NCBI GenBank assembly: GCA_043228905.1
Contig: JBHGNT010000001.1
Location: 23,808,001 to 23,872,000, forward strand
Direction of reading: 5' to 3'
DNA: 64,000 bases
From: Azolla caroliniana
Taxonomy: Eukaryota; Plantae; Polypodiophyta
Of this stretch, positions 51,444 to 64,000 are shown one piece after another (position 1 is the first letter of the stretch; each line of letters opens with the position of its first letter). The translations under genes and the position numbers were made by a program. The notes beneath the pieces are model-generated. The model did not search any database, was not told where the DNA came from, and was given only the letters and a program-made list of their open reading frames with translations.

Positions 51444-54297
51444 TAGGTAGATCCTTCCTGCACAAAGAAATGTTGATCTACCTCTATATCACCAATAGTA
51501 ACCTTTACATTTGGGCATGCACCAAATAAATCTTCCGTGATTGATGTGGCAGCTTTTACTCGCCAACCATGTTGAGTATCAATTGGCCATCTACCTTTCT
51601 TGTAAAAATCAGCACTCATTATATTTATTTCAGAACCATGATCAATAAGTGCCATCACGGGGTCTGGAACATTTCCAATCTTCACATGATGCTCAGTAGT
51701 GGCTCTTGCCCAACATTTGCGAGAGTAATGGCTTCTTACATCTGTTGAATTTATCATTGAGGTTGATGCATATTGAGAGTCAACAACGATATTGTTTGAC
51801 TCGTTGCTCACCACTTCATATGCCACCTTCGGATTTGTCTCTTTAACTTGCTCATTTACTTGCTTCTTTCTTCGCACAATATCAATTTTTTCATCATGAA
51901 ATTCCCTTTTTGCAATACCTAACACTTCTCTTAGTGTAAATTCTACTCGATTGTCTAGTATTCTTGTTTCTAAAACTTTCTTTAAATCTGTATCTTTTTC
52001 AATATCAAACATTAATTTTGAATGAAGGAACAGATTTACCTTTTTTGACCTTTGCGTCCATCTCTTTTCTTTTGCTTTCTCTTGTCTCATGCTTTTTTGT
52101 TGAGCCAATCTTATCATCTGGCCTTTTCCTTTTTTCTTCCACTATCACCTCATGCTCTTGGTGTTCTGCCATCTGAGCATAGACCGTCATAGCATCTACT
52201 GGAACATCCCATCCAGTGGTTTTCCTTACAGAATCTCCGGCAACATGAAGCTCTTCCATCTTCATCTTTTGCTTTTGTGCGGTACTTACAACCTTCTCCC
52301 AGAATGATGATCGGGATGGCATGTCATCGAGGTGCATTCCTGCCGTTGCCAAGTAGTACATTGTGGAAGCCTTCTTTGCTTCATCTTCTTCAAATTTAAC
52401 CTTAACACCACCATCACTTACCATTTTTCCAATACACCAAGTCTCGATTTTCCATGTCTTTATATTCCGTACAATCATGTAATCGATGTTCGAGACTATC
52501 ACACCACATGCATCGAGGTTGAAATGGTTCCCTTTTCCTCGAAGTCTGACCATTCTCAACCTTTGCCACTTTAATTGTTAGATCTTTCATACTTCGAACT
52601 AAATCATCAAGCAAAGACTCACTCTTAGTTTCGATCATTTCTCGTGGTTGATGGACCATTTCGTGTGATGGTTCTCGACCAAGTCTTTGAACTTCGATGT
52701 TTTGCTCAAGCCGATTTGTGATTCCCAAATGTGGTATTTGTAGCATTGCACCATTCCTTTGCATTCTTTTCATAAATTTATTACAAGCATTTGTCACCTC
52801 ATTCCAATCTGCAGTTATACCATCCTCGGTATTTGGCACTTCAAGCATAAATTCCAATTCTTTTCTATATCTCTTGTCAACTGCCTGCAAAAATAAAGCA
52901 ACCTTTTGCCAAGACAAAGAATTTATTTCTTCTGGCTTTAAGTATCCATACATCCTATCAAACTCTTTTTTTGTGTCAGCCACAGATAACCCTTTATCTT
53001 CTTTTAAGATCCATTCATGAAATGAACGCATAGTAACTCGAGAGAAATCTTCACGAGAATATTCAGACACAAGCGCTTCTTTGAATGCATTCCAATCCAA
53101 ACTATGCAATGCTTGTATTTCATGAATTCTATTTCTTAATTCCATTTCCACTAATTTATAAAAGTTTGCTATCATATTGATATCATTCACACCAAACATT
53201 TCCATTTCATCATAATATATATTGACATACTTTGAGATATTTGTGCCATCAAACACACCAATCTTCTCTCGGACTTCTCGTAAGGCATGAAATAATCGAT
53301 CTTGATTCAACTTTTCAATAAACAACATTACCGGATCCATTGTACTCGTACTTGCCATGTTGATGTTGATCTTTACTTTAGATGTCTCTTCTACTTCCTT
53401 GTTTCGCATCGGGTACACCAAATTGTGTCGTGGCGTGGCTTGCCTAGAAGCGTAGCGTTGCGTAAACAAAAGATATCATGAAAGTGAGGAAGGAATCACT
53501 GGGATTATGGACGGAAGAGACGAAAGAGTAGAGATAGAGTAAATAGAGATCAACAAGATATGACAAGATAGGATATTGAATGATATTTGAAGGAATAAAA
53601 GAGATTTAATTATTTGATGAAAGAGTTACAAAAGTGGTTGTAAGCGTCGTTGATCCTTCAAACTTGGTCTCACAAGATAATTGCACTTCTCTTTCTTGAT
53701 AGTAGGCCACAACAATCTTCACTTCAATATTTTGATGAAGATAAGGCTCGAACCGCCTCCCTCTTGTTGAGAGTTGACCACAACGATCGCCAAGCTAGAG
53801 CTCCACCTTTATGTTGAACTTCTTCCTTTCTTTCTCTATTTTATGGTATTTCTTATGTAATATATATTTGATTGATATCTCATACTTCTCCTCCTCTGAT
53901 CTTCTCTTTCACCATTTAAATAGGTGCCCCCATGCATATGATGCATTGGAGGGTACAAGTCATGCATGTAGTGCATGAAATGCATGTGATGCATGATAGG
54001 CATCTCGCTTATTTGAGCTTTCATGTATGAAAAAATATGTGGCATAAGAATAAACATGAAAATATGGTTTTAAAAACAAAGGACCTAGTCTAATGGTAGG
54101 TGTGTTGACTTTGGCATATGAGGTTTTGGGTTTGGGTCTCTCAAGTATTATTGAATACAACATGTAACGTCTTTATATCATGAAGCAAATCCTTTATCTT
54201 ATATATATTATTAGTATAGAGTAAATGGTAAGATTTGAAAGTCATAGGGTGGGGTTATTTTTAAGTCCTCTCTTGTTCGTGTAATATAATATATTTA

Positions 54298-54334
<37 letters not shown>

Positions 54335-54470
54335 TTTCTTTACATATATATAATATTATCATATGTGTTCTTAATATTATCTTTATATATAAAACATTAT
54401 CAAATTTTATTTTAGTTACGTATTTATCTTATTGTAGACTTTTAATGTGAAGCTTTCGTACTTCACGACA
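51444..54470 (-). mobile_element. 5' part of a Trp-primed gypsy-type element (LTR, gag, protease)
   Basis: LTR 53426-54470 with TGTCGT/ACGACA ends; PBS TGGTGTACCCGATG; gag 52414-53469 with CMWCDSLEHRLHDC; protease ALIDHGSEINI; tRNA-like module at 54086-54142. Confidence 0.82.
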
Positions 54471-54578
54471 CCGTGTTCAGATCTGGTAGCTCCATGAGGA
54501 GAGAAGCATTCTATGCTTGCTTCTTCCGCCCTATCTTCTGTAAGGCTCGATCCTCATTAGGTTCGATTTCTCCCATTA

Positions 54579-57500
54579 GAGCACCATCGGGGGTTCGAAT
54601 CACCTCGATCCCAAGGAAATAGTGAAGGTTCCCTAGGTCCTTCATCTCAAATGCGTCTGAGAGCTGAGACTTTACTCGGCTAATTTCATCGAGTCTGGGT
54701 CCGGTGATGACTAGATAATCAACATACAACAAAATGCAAACCGGACCATCCGGATCTTGCTGGATGAACAACGAAGAGTCAGATTTGGAGGCTGCAAACC
54801 CCATCTTACGCAATCGGTGCGTGATCTTCACATTCCAAGCTCGGGGGGCTTGCTTCAGGCCATAAAGTGACTTCTTCAGCCGGCATACCACCGACTTGTT
54901 CATCTCCGTCTGGAAATCGGGAGGTTGGGTCATAAAGACCTCTTAGGTCTCCTTGAAAAAATGCATTCTTCACGTACATCTTGTGAAGATGCCACTCCCT
55001 TGCCGCAACAACCGCCAACACCACATGAACCTTCATCATCTTCCCTACTGGAGCGAAGGTCTCGTCATAGTCGATTCCGTGGGTCTGCGTGTATCCCTTC
55101 GCCACTAACCGGGCCTTGTACCGGTTAACCGAACCGTCGGCATTGTACTTTACCTTGTATACCCACTTCCATCCGATCAGTTTACAATGTCGGGGAGGAT
55201 CAAATAGGTCCCATGTGTCGTTGGCATCAAGTGCCCGCATTTCTTCCTCCATAGCGGCATGCCAATTTGCGTCCCTTGCCGCTTCTACGTAGCTCTCCGG
55301 CTCACACACTTCTGCCACCTTGGTCATGTACGCATAGTGATGCGCCATGTACTCATTGTACCCGTACCGCGTAACTGGGTTCTTTAGGCGGGAAGACCGG
55401 CGTAACTTGTTATTACCCGGTTTGGGGTCCTTCTTGGCCAGGTCGGACTTCGTTCCCGAAGATCCGCCTTCATCCTTAACGGAGTCGGATTTGCTCCGAT
55501 CCGACTCATCGTTGCCGGTTTCGTATTCGGACATCTTCTTCTTCCCCTTTTCTTTGCACATGAACCGTCTCCTCGATTCCTTTCGCGGGGAGTGCACGAC
55601 AAAGTCTCCATTACTCGCCGGTTCGTCATCCAACTGGTCACCCTGACTCAGCCACTCATTTGGTCCACTTAACCAAAATGAGATCGGACTCTCTTCTAGA
55701 GTGCCGAGGTCTTCATCTGCCTAGACCGATTCAGGCTCACTAGCCTCATCCTCCAGTATCGGGTCAGGGTCGGAAGTCGGATCCGGTAAGGAATACCATG
55801 ATGTCGTCTCATCAAACTCAACATCTCGGCTAACTCATACCTGCACCATCCGGGGGTTATAGCATTTATACCCCTTTTGCTCATGCGAGTAACGGACCAG
55901 GATGCATTTCTCCGACTTTGCATCCAACTTCCTCCGCTTCTCATCCGGCACATGCACATATGCAATGCTACCGAATATCTGAAGGTGTCGCAAATTCGGC
56001 TTGCGCCCGAAATATAGCTCATGCGCGGACACCTTGTCGCCGATCCGGTTTTGGATATAGACGGTCGTCCGGACCGCCTCCGCCTAGTAGAAATGGGGCA
56101 TGCTCTTTTCCTCCAGCATCACCCTTGCTGCGTCGACAATTGACCAGTTCTTCCTTTCAGTTACACCGTTTTGCTCCGGTCTGTATCTGCAGCTGAACTC
56201 TCTCCGAATTCCTTTTTGCTGCAGATAACTATAGAATTGGCCAGAAAAATATTCTTTTCCGCCATCCGACCGCAGGCCCTTGATCTTCCTCTCCGTTTCC
56301 CGTTCAACCAGGCTCTGCAGGTTCCGGAAACACTCGAAGACTTCGCTCTTCCGCTCGATGAGGTAGATCCATGTGTGCCGGCTGTAATCGTCGATGAAGG
56401 AGACGAAATATCAACTCCCCCCAAGACTCACATTCTGTGCCGGTCCCCATACATCTGAATGGATTAGATTGAGCTTGTTACAGCTCCAGTTTCGTTCGGT
56501 GAGGAATGGAAGCCGGTGTTGCTTCCCGAGTTGGCAGGCTTCACATATTTTGGCCTTCTGGCCACTAAACTTCGACAAACCGAAAACAACTTGTTTCGTT
56601 TGCAAGTCTTGAAGCCTCTGGTAATTGACGAGGCCGATCCGCTTGTGCCAGAGATCAATATCCGACTCAATCTTCTATCCTTTGGCAAACGAAGCGGTGC
56701 CGACGTCATTGGTGTCGAGGATAAACATCCTCCTGTCTCTGCGCCCTTGCGCAATGATTTGTCCCTCTTCCTCGATGAAGCACCCTAGGTGCGTAAACTG
56801 CACTTGGATCCCCTGGTCAACAATCTGTCCAACCAACACCAAGTTCTTCGTGATGGTCGGAATGTGTAATACATTCATCAGCTTCCCCCTCTGTCTGATG
56901 TGGCTCAAAGGGACTTCTCCGACATGCACGATTGGGTGTGGAGTCTCGTCTCTGGTTTCGACAACTCCTGGTTATTCCAATTTCTCCACAAAAGAGAACC
57001 ACTCTTTGTGGCTCGTCATGTGATTCGACGTGCCGGAATCAACGTACCACACATCCTCCAATTTGGAAGTTGTCTTCTTCATCGAGTTAGCCTTGTGTTT
57101 CATCACTAAGGCCGGCCCTTTACCGACTTTTCCAGTTTTGGATCCTCCTAATCCTTCTGCGTAGTGCGAGCATTGCCAGTTCTCTCTGCCAGCCTTCCCA
57201 GATCCGGATCTGTCTGAATCGGCGCGCTTCCTCCAGCACTCGCTTTCTCTATGGCCCTTTTTACCACAGTACCAGCATTCCGTGTCGGCCTTTGCTTGCC
57301 GACCTCCGGCGCCGCCTTGACTCCCCCTGCTTGTGGAGGGTCCAGAACTGTTGTTGGCACACTCTCTGTGCCTTCGGTCCTGCTCTTGCCGGCTGCTACC
57401 ATTGCGAGCTGACCCGCCTCGTCCACCATGCCCACGGGGCAGATCCGCCTCTGTGTACAGCATCTGGCTATTGGTGGGTGCATTTGTTGACGCACTTGCG

Positions 57501-58530
57501 TGGTTCTCTACAAGAAGCATCGACTGTAAGTCGAAAAATGACGGTGTATTCTCCCTCGTACAGACCGCCATTCGGAAAGCTCCGAACTTAGACACTAACC
57601 CGCCAAGACAAACCTGCACCATCTCGTACTCCTTGACGTTCACGTTGACAGAGGCGAGTGAGTCGCAGATTTCTTTAATCTTGGTGGTGTAGTCAGCTAC
57701 CGACATATCTTGTTGTCATACATTGCTCAACTCTTGCCTGAGTTGAAGCTTCCTGGCTGTAGTGCTTGCAGTGAAGACCTTTTTCAGATTTCCCCAAGCT
57801 TCTTTGGGCACCTTGGCCTCTCGGATATGGCTCAGTAGCTGGTCTCCGACACTGGATGCAAAGGAGTACATCACTCTGCTTGCCGCTTGTTCCCACACAG
57901 GGAAGTCCTTGTGTGGCGCATCAGGTGCTGTGTCGTTAGCTCCGTCGACATAGCTCCAGTAACCATGCCCAAGCAGGTACTGGTGCATCTTGTAAGACCA
58001 AGATGCGTAGTTGGTTCTGTCGAGCTTCTCCACCAGGAGCGAGCTAGCCATTCCTCTGTCCATTTTGTTTTTACCTGTTCTTGTTTGTTGGTTTCCTTTT
58101 CAAGCTATGTCGGTTGCAGAGGTTCTCCACCCACACGCTCTGATACCATGTGAAAGAATAGTGTGCGGAAGCAATAGAAAACCGAAAACCATAGAAACGC
58201 AGCTTTAATGGAGAGCTTGAATATACACAGTACGCGGGAGAGACAGAGAGAGAGTTGAACGTTAATAATCTATTACAAAACAATAATAGTTCTCTGTACA
58301 TTAAACGTGCTCAACAGCACTATTTATACAAGTCCTAAGAGGAGTGACAGAAGTACTGTGAGACTAACTACCTAGTGGTCTAGGCTACTACTTGGCTTTC
58401 GGTTACTGTTTGATCCAGCTAACTGGCTCCCCAGCTCACTGGCTCACCGATCCAGCTTCATCCTTCTAGATGCTGATCCGGCTCAGGCTTATTCGGCCGA
58501 TCCAGATCCGGTTGAGCTTGCCGCTCAACA
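54579..58530 (-). mobile_element. Ty1/copia element (family C), 3' end missing
   Basis: 5' LTR 58149-58530, PBS 58137-58148; gag EKLDRTNYASWSYK, CWYCGKKGHRESEC, WYVDSGTSNH, LIHSDVWGP, RYKARLVAKG, LKKSLYGLKQAPRAW. Confidence 0.9.
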
Positions 58531-59916
58531 CATGTATGTTCGGTAACTATCTGACGAGTCTAGGATTTATCTGAACCTATATGTCGAGAACATGTTGATT
58601 GCAGGACACAATCAAGCAGAGATCGGAAAGCTGAAGCGGAACCTTCATAACAAGTTCGCGATGAAGGAACTCGGACAAGCCCGTCACATACTAGGCATGA
58701 GGATTGAGCGAAATCGGATGACCAAGACTCTCTAACTCTCCTAGTCTGACTATATCCGAAAGGTGTTGAAGCTCTTCAACATGGAGAATGTGAAACCAAC
58801 TCTAACACCACTTCCGACATCGATCCGACTATTGGACAGAGACTCTCCTTCAATGGACAAGGAAAGAAAGCTTAATGGAAAGATGCCCTACGCATCGGTC
58901 GTAGGAAGTATCATGTACGCAATGCTGGTGACCCAACCCGACGTAGTCTATGTCGTAGGGGTGGTCAGATGGTACATGTTAAATCTAGGACGGAAGCATT
59001 GGGAGGCCATCAAGCACATCTTCAGGTACCTGAGAGGGACCAGACATACACAACTGACTTTCGGTTTGACAACCTCAGCCGAAGTCGAAGGCTACACTGA
59101 CTTCGACTATGCCAGAAATACAGACAATCTGAAGTTAGCATCAGGCTATATTTTCACCTATGGTAGTGGTGCGATATCATGGAGGTCGAAGCTTCAATAT
59201 TGCACGGCCTTGTCGACCACAAAGGCCGAGTACATAGCAACATCGGACGTAGCAAAGGAAGCAATCTGGCTGCACCGACTGTCTGCTGACTTCTCATCTA
59301 CAAGCCAAATTGACCGACTAGTGCCGACCATCTATTGCGAGTCACAGAGCGCAATTCCCCTCATTAACAATCCCATGTATCACACAAAGAAGAAGCATAT
59401 TGAGGTGTAGTATCATCACATTCGGAAGTTCATAACCAAGAAGAAGCTCGAAGTCCGGAAGATTAACACCGAGGTGAACATCGCCGATTGCCTGACGAAG
59501 TCACTCCCAGATCAATGCTTCGGAGCACTAAGGACAAAGATGGGACTACGACAAGCTACCGAGCAGAAGAAAGACGAACGAGGAGTAGAAGGTAAGAGTC
59601 AATCATGATAACGAGCCATGCTAGGCTCGACAAGGACCTCACCTTTACCGACTCAGCTATATGCCGACCGACTTGTAACATAAATTTAGATTAGTGTCGT
59701 AATCTAGGTTTACAGGGAGACAACCCCAAACACATGTACATTGAGGAAAGAAGTATTCCTTTTACGGGGGAGTTTGTTGGCATAAAAGGCCAACTCCTTC
59801 CACTTTGTATCCTAGTGTGAACTCGGCCATATAGTTAGGGCGTAGTATATAAGCGATAACCTAACGTTGTAAAACTGGGCTCAACCTTCTTGTACAACTG
59901 AGTCTCTGGAGTCTCT

Positions 59917-59947
<31 letters not shown>

Positions 59948-60103
59948 GAAATTAAGAGAGCTTCTATTAAAGCTTCATCTGTGTGTCTATCATTTGTCTA
60001 TATCTTCCTGCCTTCCTTCTGTATTGTTTGTTGAGCATAACCGATAGGTCCTCACATACATTTCCACACATATCTGTCTCTCACTAAATCCGACGCTACT
60101 ACA
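58531..60103 (+). mobile_element. 3' part of a copia family B element (RT, RNase H, 3' LTR)
   Basis: PYASVVGSIMY and AISWRSKLQ; PPT ~59761-59774; LTR 59775-~60103 starts TGTTGGCATAAAAG like the family B LTRs. Confidence 0.88.
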
Positions 60104-60321
60104 TTTGCTCCTTCCACGTAGCTTAGTATTTTTGAAAATGTTGTACTTTAGCTAAATTGTATGTAACTTGGCCAAACGAATGGTGGGAAACTACCGTTTA
60201 TTAGGTAAGAATGGTCAAATGGGATTGGATTGTAAAGTGAAAGGGACGGCACTTTAGGGTTGGGGTTTCCTACCTGTACATAAATGAACAAGGGAGCGCT
60301 TTGGTATAGCAATTGCAATTC

Positions 60322-60376
60322 TCCTCCCACTAAGGATCGAACTCGGGACCTTTTGTTTACAATACTAACGCTCTAC
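60322..60376 (-). pseudogene. 5'-truncated tRNA-Thr(TGT)-like copy
   Basis: GTAGAGCGTTAGTATTGTAAACAAAAGGTCCCGAGTTCGATCC, in a tandem unit with 60493-60564. Confidence 0.65.
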
Positions 60377-60492
60377 AAGAATGGTCAAGTGGGATTAGAT
60401 TGTAAGGTGAAAGGGACGAACCTTTAGGGTTTCCAACCTGTATAAAAATTAACAAGGGAGCAAGTTTTGTTGTAAAACTTGAATTTGAATAT

Positions 60493-60564
60493 TGGCCCCA
60501 ATGAGGATCAAACTCAAGACCTTCAGTTTACAAGACTGATGCTCTACCATTGAGCTATAAAGGC
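60493..60564 (-). tRNA. tRNA-Thr(TGT), probably a pseudogene or SINE head
   Basis: D arm GCTC/GAGC; anticodon arm TCAGT-CTTGTAA-ACTGA; T loop mutated to TTTGATC; weak acceptor stem. Confidence 0.7.
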
Positions 60565-60872
60565 AGATGGTAATACGCATTAACAATTGTATTACTAATA
60601 TCCATTTTTGCGAATCGGTTGGCTCTGATTTGTTCCAACTCTTGTTTGAATTCGTTGTCTCCAATTCGTCTTCATCCTTCAGGCCCTTCTCCACATCAGA
60701 CCACGCCCAGGTCTTCGCGTTCTTCCTTCGATCAGCTCTGTCCTTCTTGACTCTGCCGTCGTTGCCACTTGCTCAGATATGTCGACTTCTTCAACCGACT
60801 CGACTCCATTTTCCTTCTTGTCTCCCCCTGTTTGGGTTGTTTCCTTTCCTGTTATCCTTGTTTTAGTATCGG

Positions 60873-61149
60873 TGTCACGGAAATCTGCGCGTGCGTGTCG
60901 AAAATGGCGTGAGCACGAGGGTCTTGGACTAGGAAGGGGCTAGGAGAAAGAAGAAGAGATTAACACGGAAAGAGAAGTAGATCGAGACAAGATACATCAA
61001 CAAATTACATTAAGAAACCACCATATGATTTACAGCCATTCCCATATAGGCCATATGCAAACAACACTAGATCGAACCCTAACCGGATAGGTAAAAAGAA
61101 GAAGAATGAAACCCTAAAACCGAAACATTAATGGTCTACCCAAACGCAC
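60873..61149 (-). mobile_element. LTR 3'-end fragment of the TGTC..GACA group
   Basis: TGTCACGGAAATC...GGTCTTGGACTAGG is the reverse complement of the LTR end type at 17079-17139. Confidence 0.7.
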
Positions 61150-63880
61150 TGTTGAGAGACAAGCTCAACATTCGGTACGTAATCATGTGCGTAACCCAGT
61201 GCGTAAACTGGGTGCATAAAACCGTGTGCACGATAGGCCGTAGTGGTGCGTAAACCGCGAGGCCGTTAGAAAGATATTCCTCATAAGGGAATAATTTTGG
61301 GAGTTTATGTAGTCGGCTCATTTATGAGCGGTCAAGTACTGTCAGTACTTGTGTCAGCCCGATAGTCAGGGCTTGTATAAAAGGTGCTCACTGAGCACGG
61401 TGTATGTACAAAGCATTATTTTTGAATCTGATTTTTTGTTATCTGCTCACTCTGTCTCTCCCCCTCCATATCCATCTCTATGTTTTCTATGTTTTACTGA
61501 ACTGTCTTATTCTCCCAAACTGTGCACTCTGTGTCTTACGCACACGCTTCCGCACAACGTATTCTTTTACATGGTATCAAAGTGCGAGGGTTGAGAACCT
61601 CTGCAACCGACAAGAAAAGTTTGTGACGAAACAGAGTTGAAGTTGTTCGCTTTCAGAGAAGAAAAAGACTGTACTATGGACAGAGGAATGGGAAGCTCAC
61701 TTCCGACGGAAAAGCTTGACAGAAGCAACTATGCATCTTGGTCTTACAAGGTGCACTAGTACCTGCTTGGCCATGGCTACTGGAGTTATGTCGAAGGAGC
61801 AAACGATGTGGCACCCAACTCAACACACAGGGACTATCCGGCTTGGGAACAAGCGGCAAGCAGACTGTTGTACTGCTTCGCGTCTTGTGTGAGCGATCAG
61901 CTTTTGAGCTATATTTGGGATGCCAAGACGCCAAAGGACGCGTGGGCGAATCTCAAAAGGATTTTCGCCGCCAGCACAACGGCCAAGAAGCTGCAACTCA
62001 GACAGGAGCTCAACAATGTACGACAAAGAGATATGTCAGTGGTTGATTACACCACCGAGATCAAAGAAAACTGCGACTCTCTCGCCTCCGTCAACGTGAA
62101 CGTCGAGGAAGATGAAATGGTGCAGGTTTGTCTTGGTGGCTTGGCATTAAAGTTCAGACCTTTCATAATGGCGGTCTACAATGTTGCTCGTAGAAGAAAA
62201 CCATGCGGGTGCGTCGACGAGTGCGAACGCCGATGGCAAGATGCTTTACACGGAGGATGACAGGCCTTGTGTTCGTGGTGGACAAGGTGGATTGGCGCGC
62301 AATGGAGGCAGCCGAAAAGAGCAGAATGTACGACATAATCGAGATACCGGAAGCAATTTCGAACCCTCCGCAAGTAGGGGGAGTCATGGCGGCGCCGGAA
62401 GACGGCAAGAGAAGGCCATGCCGGATTGCTGGTACTGTGGCAAGAAAGGCCACAAGGAGAGGGAGTGCTGGAAAAAGCGAGCCGATTCGGACAAAGTCGG
62501 ATCGAGCCAAAGAGACGCAGAGAGGCGTTAGAGATCGTACTATGCAGAAGGCTATGAACGAGCCGGAAATGGAGCGGGCCCTCCCTTCATAATGAAGCAT
62601 CAAGCCAATTCAATGACCATGAAAACCTCGAAATCGAGCGAGCTGTGGTATGTGGATTCCGAAGCATCAAATCATATGACGAGCCACGAGGAGTGGTTCT
62701 CATACTTGGAGAAACCGGAATCACGAGGGATTGTCGAAACAGGAGATGACACACCGCATGCCATCGAACATGTCGGCGAAGTTCCCCTCAGCCACGTCAA
62801 GGAGAAAGGGAAGCTAATGAACGTGTTGCACGTCCCGACAATAACGAAGAACTTGGTGCCGGTCGGTCAGATCGTCAACCAAGGTATGCAAGTTCGATTC
62901 ACGCACCTCGGCTGCTTCATAGAAGAGGAAGGCAAAGTCATCGCGCAAGGGCGCCGTGAAGGGAGGATGTTTATCCTCGAAACCAATAATGTGGGTACCG
63001 CTATGTTTGTGAAAGGACAAAAGGTCGAGTCGGATATCGACCTGTGGCACAAGCGGTTCGGCCACATAAATTTCCCACGGCTTCGTGAAATGCAAACGAA
63101 GAACAATGTTTTCGGGTTGCCGAAATGGCCAAGTCTACGAAGCCTATCAAATGGGAAAACAACACCGACTTCCATTCCCCAATGAGCGTAATCGTAGTCG
63201 AAGTCCACTAGATTTGATCCATTCAGATGTGTGGGGTCTGGCACAAAACGTGAGTCTCAGTGGAAGCCGTTACTTTGTAACCTTCATTGATGACTTCACT
63301 CGGCACACGTGGGCATGCATGATTGAGAAGAAGAGCAAATTCTTCGCATGTTTCTTGAAGGTGAAGAGCCTTGCGGAAAGGGAAACAATGGCGGGAAGGA
63401 GTACTTCTCCGACCAGTTCATGTTATCTATAGAAGGAGGGAATTCGACGCGAATTCTCGTGTAGATACACGCCGCAGCAGAACGGCATGCCCAAGCGGAA
63501 GAATCGGACAATTGAAGAAGCGGCCAAGGCAATTCTTGAAGAGAAGCATATGCCAAAATTCTATTGGGCTGAAGCCGTAAAGACGGCCGTTTACCGGTAG
63601 AATCGGACTTCTGTTAATGGAGGAGTGTCGCCACATGAGCTGTACTTTGGGAAGAAGCCGAACTTGGCACACTTGAGGATTTTCGGCAGCATCGCGTATG
63701 TGCACGTGCCGAAGGAGAAACGAAGGAAGTTGGACGCGAAAGCCGAGAAGTGTATCTTGGTCAGCTATTCGGACGAGCCGAAGGGTTATAAGTGTTATAA
63801 CCCACGCACCAAACAAGCGCGCGTGAGCTGCAACGTTGTGTTTGATGAGTCTGTGTCCTGGTACTTGCCTCCAACTCTGC
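61150..63880 (+). mobile_element. Ty1/copia element (family C), 5' part
   Basis: LTR 61150-61571, PBS TGGTATCAAAG at 61572; gag, CCHC, protease WYVDSEASNH, integrase LIHSDVWG and KLDAKAEKCI. Confidence 0.9.
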
Positions 63881-64000
63881 ATTACCGGGTGTCGTACCGT
63901 TGCAAGGGACCGGCCCCTCCAGCCTTTCCCACGCGCTTATCTTCCACCAGAACCTCGTAGTTCTGGCATGCAGCTTCTACGAATCCAGACTTTTCTTCGA

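Noticed and set aside
54215-54270. Second tRNA-like stretch (TAAATGGTAAG...) in the same LTR
   Set aside because: The B-box is too degenerate to support.
63878-64000. Possible new insertion starting TGTCGT at 63890
   Set aside because: The boundary is ambiguous, the flank CGGG is not NCGN, and the window ends before it can be tested.

Overview
Eukaryotic, gene-free DNA made almost entirely of nested transposable elements. The element types suggest a non-seed land plant such as a fern, bryophyte or lycophyte (inference). I resolve at least six Ty1/copia copies or fragments, two chromodomain Ty3/gypsy elements (one Tcn1-like and self-priming), several tRNA-Trp-primed gypsy-type elements and solo LTRs, a Mutator-type MITE and a tRNA-Thr pseudogene dimer. 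The centrepiece is an 11.6-kb DNA transposon (28419-40003) with 25-bp GGG...CCC TIRs, a 4-bp TSD and an intact two-exon Sola2-like DDD transposase. It also carries a convergent six-exon accessory gene with a RING finger and a candidate alternative last exon encoding an FCP1/NIF-like pseudo-phosphatase. Its three large introns are filled with satellites, two of them built from the element's own palindromic subterminal motif TAGCTAATTAGCTA. Two further patterns recur: (i) LTRs of several unrelated families carry an antisense tRNA-like A-box/B-box module with exact tRNA spacing in U3, and (ii) the Trp-primed gypsy group inserts at CpG-centred 4-bp sites. Family assignments come from motif recognition by eye, not database searches.
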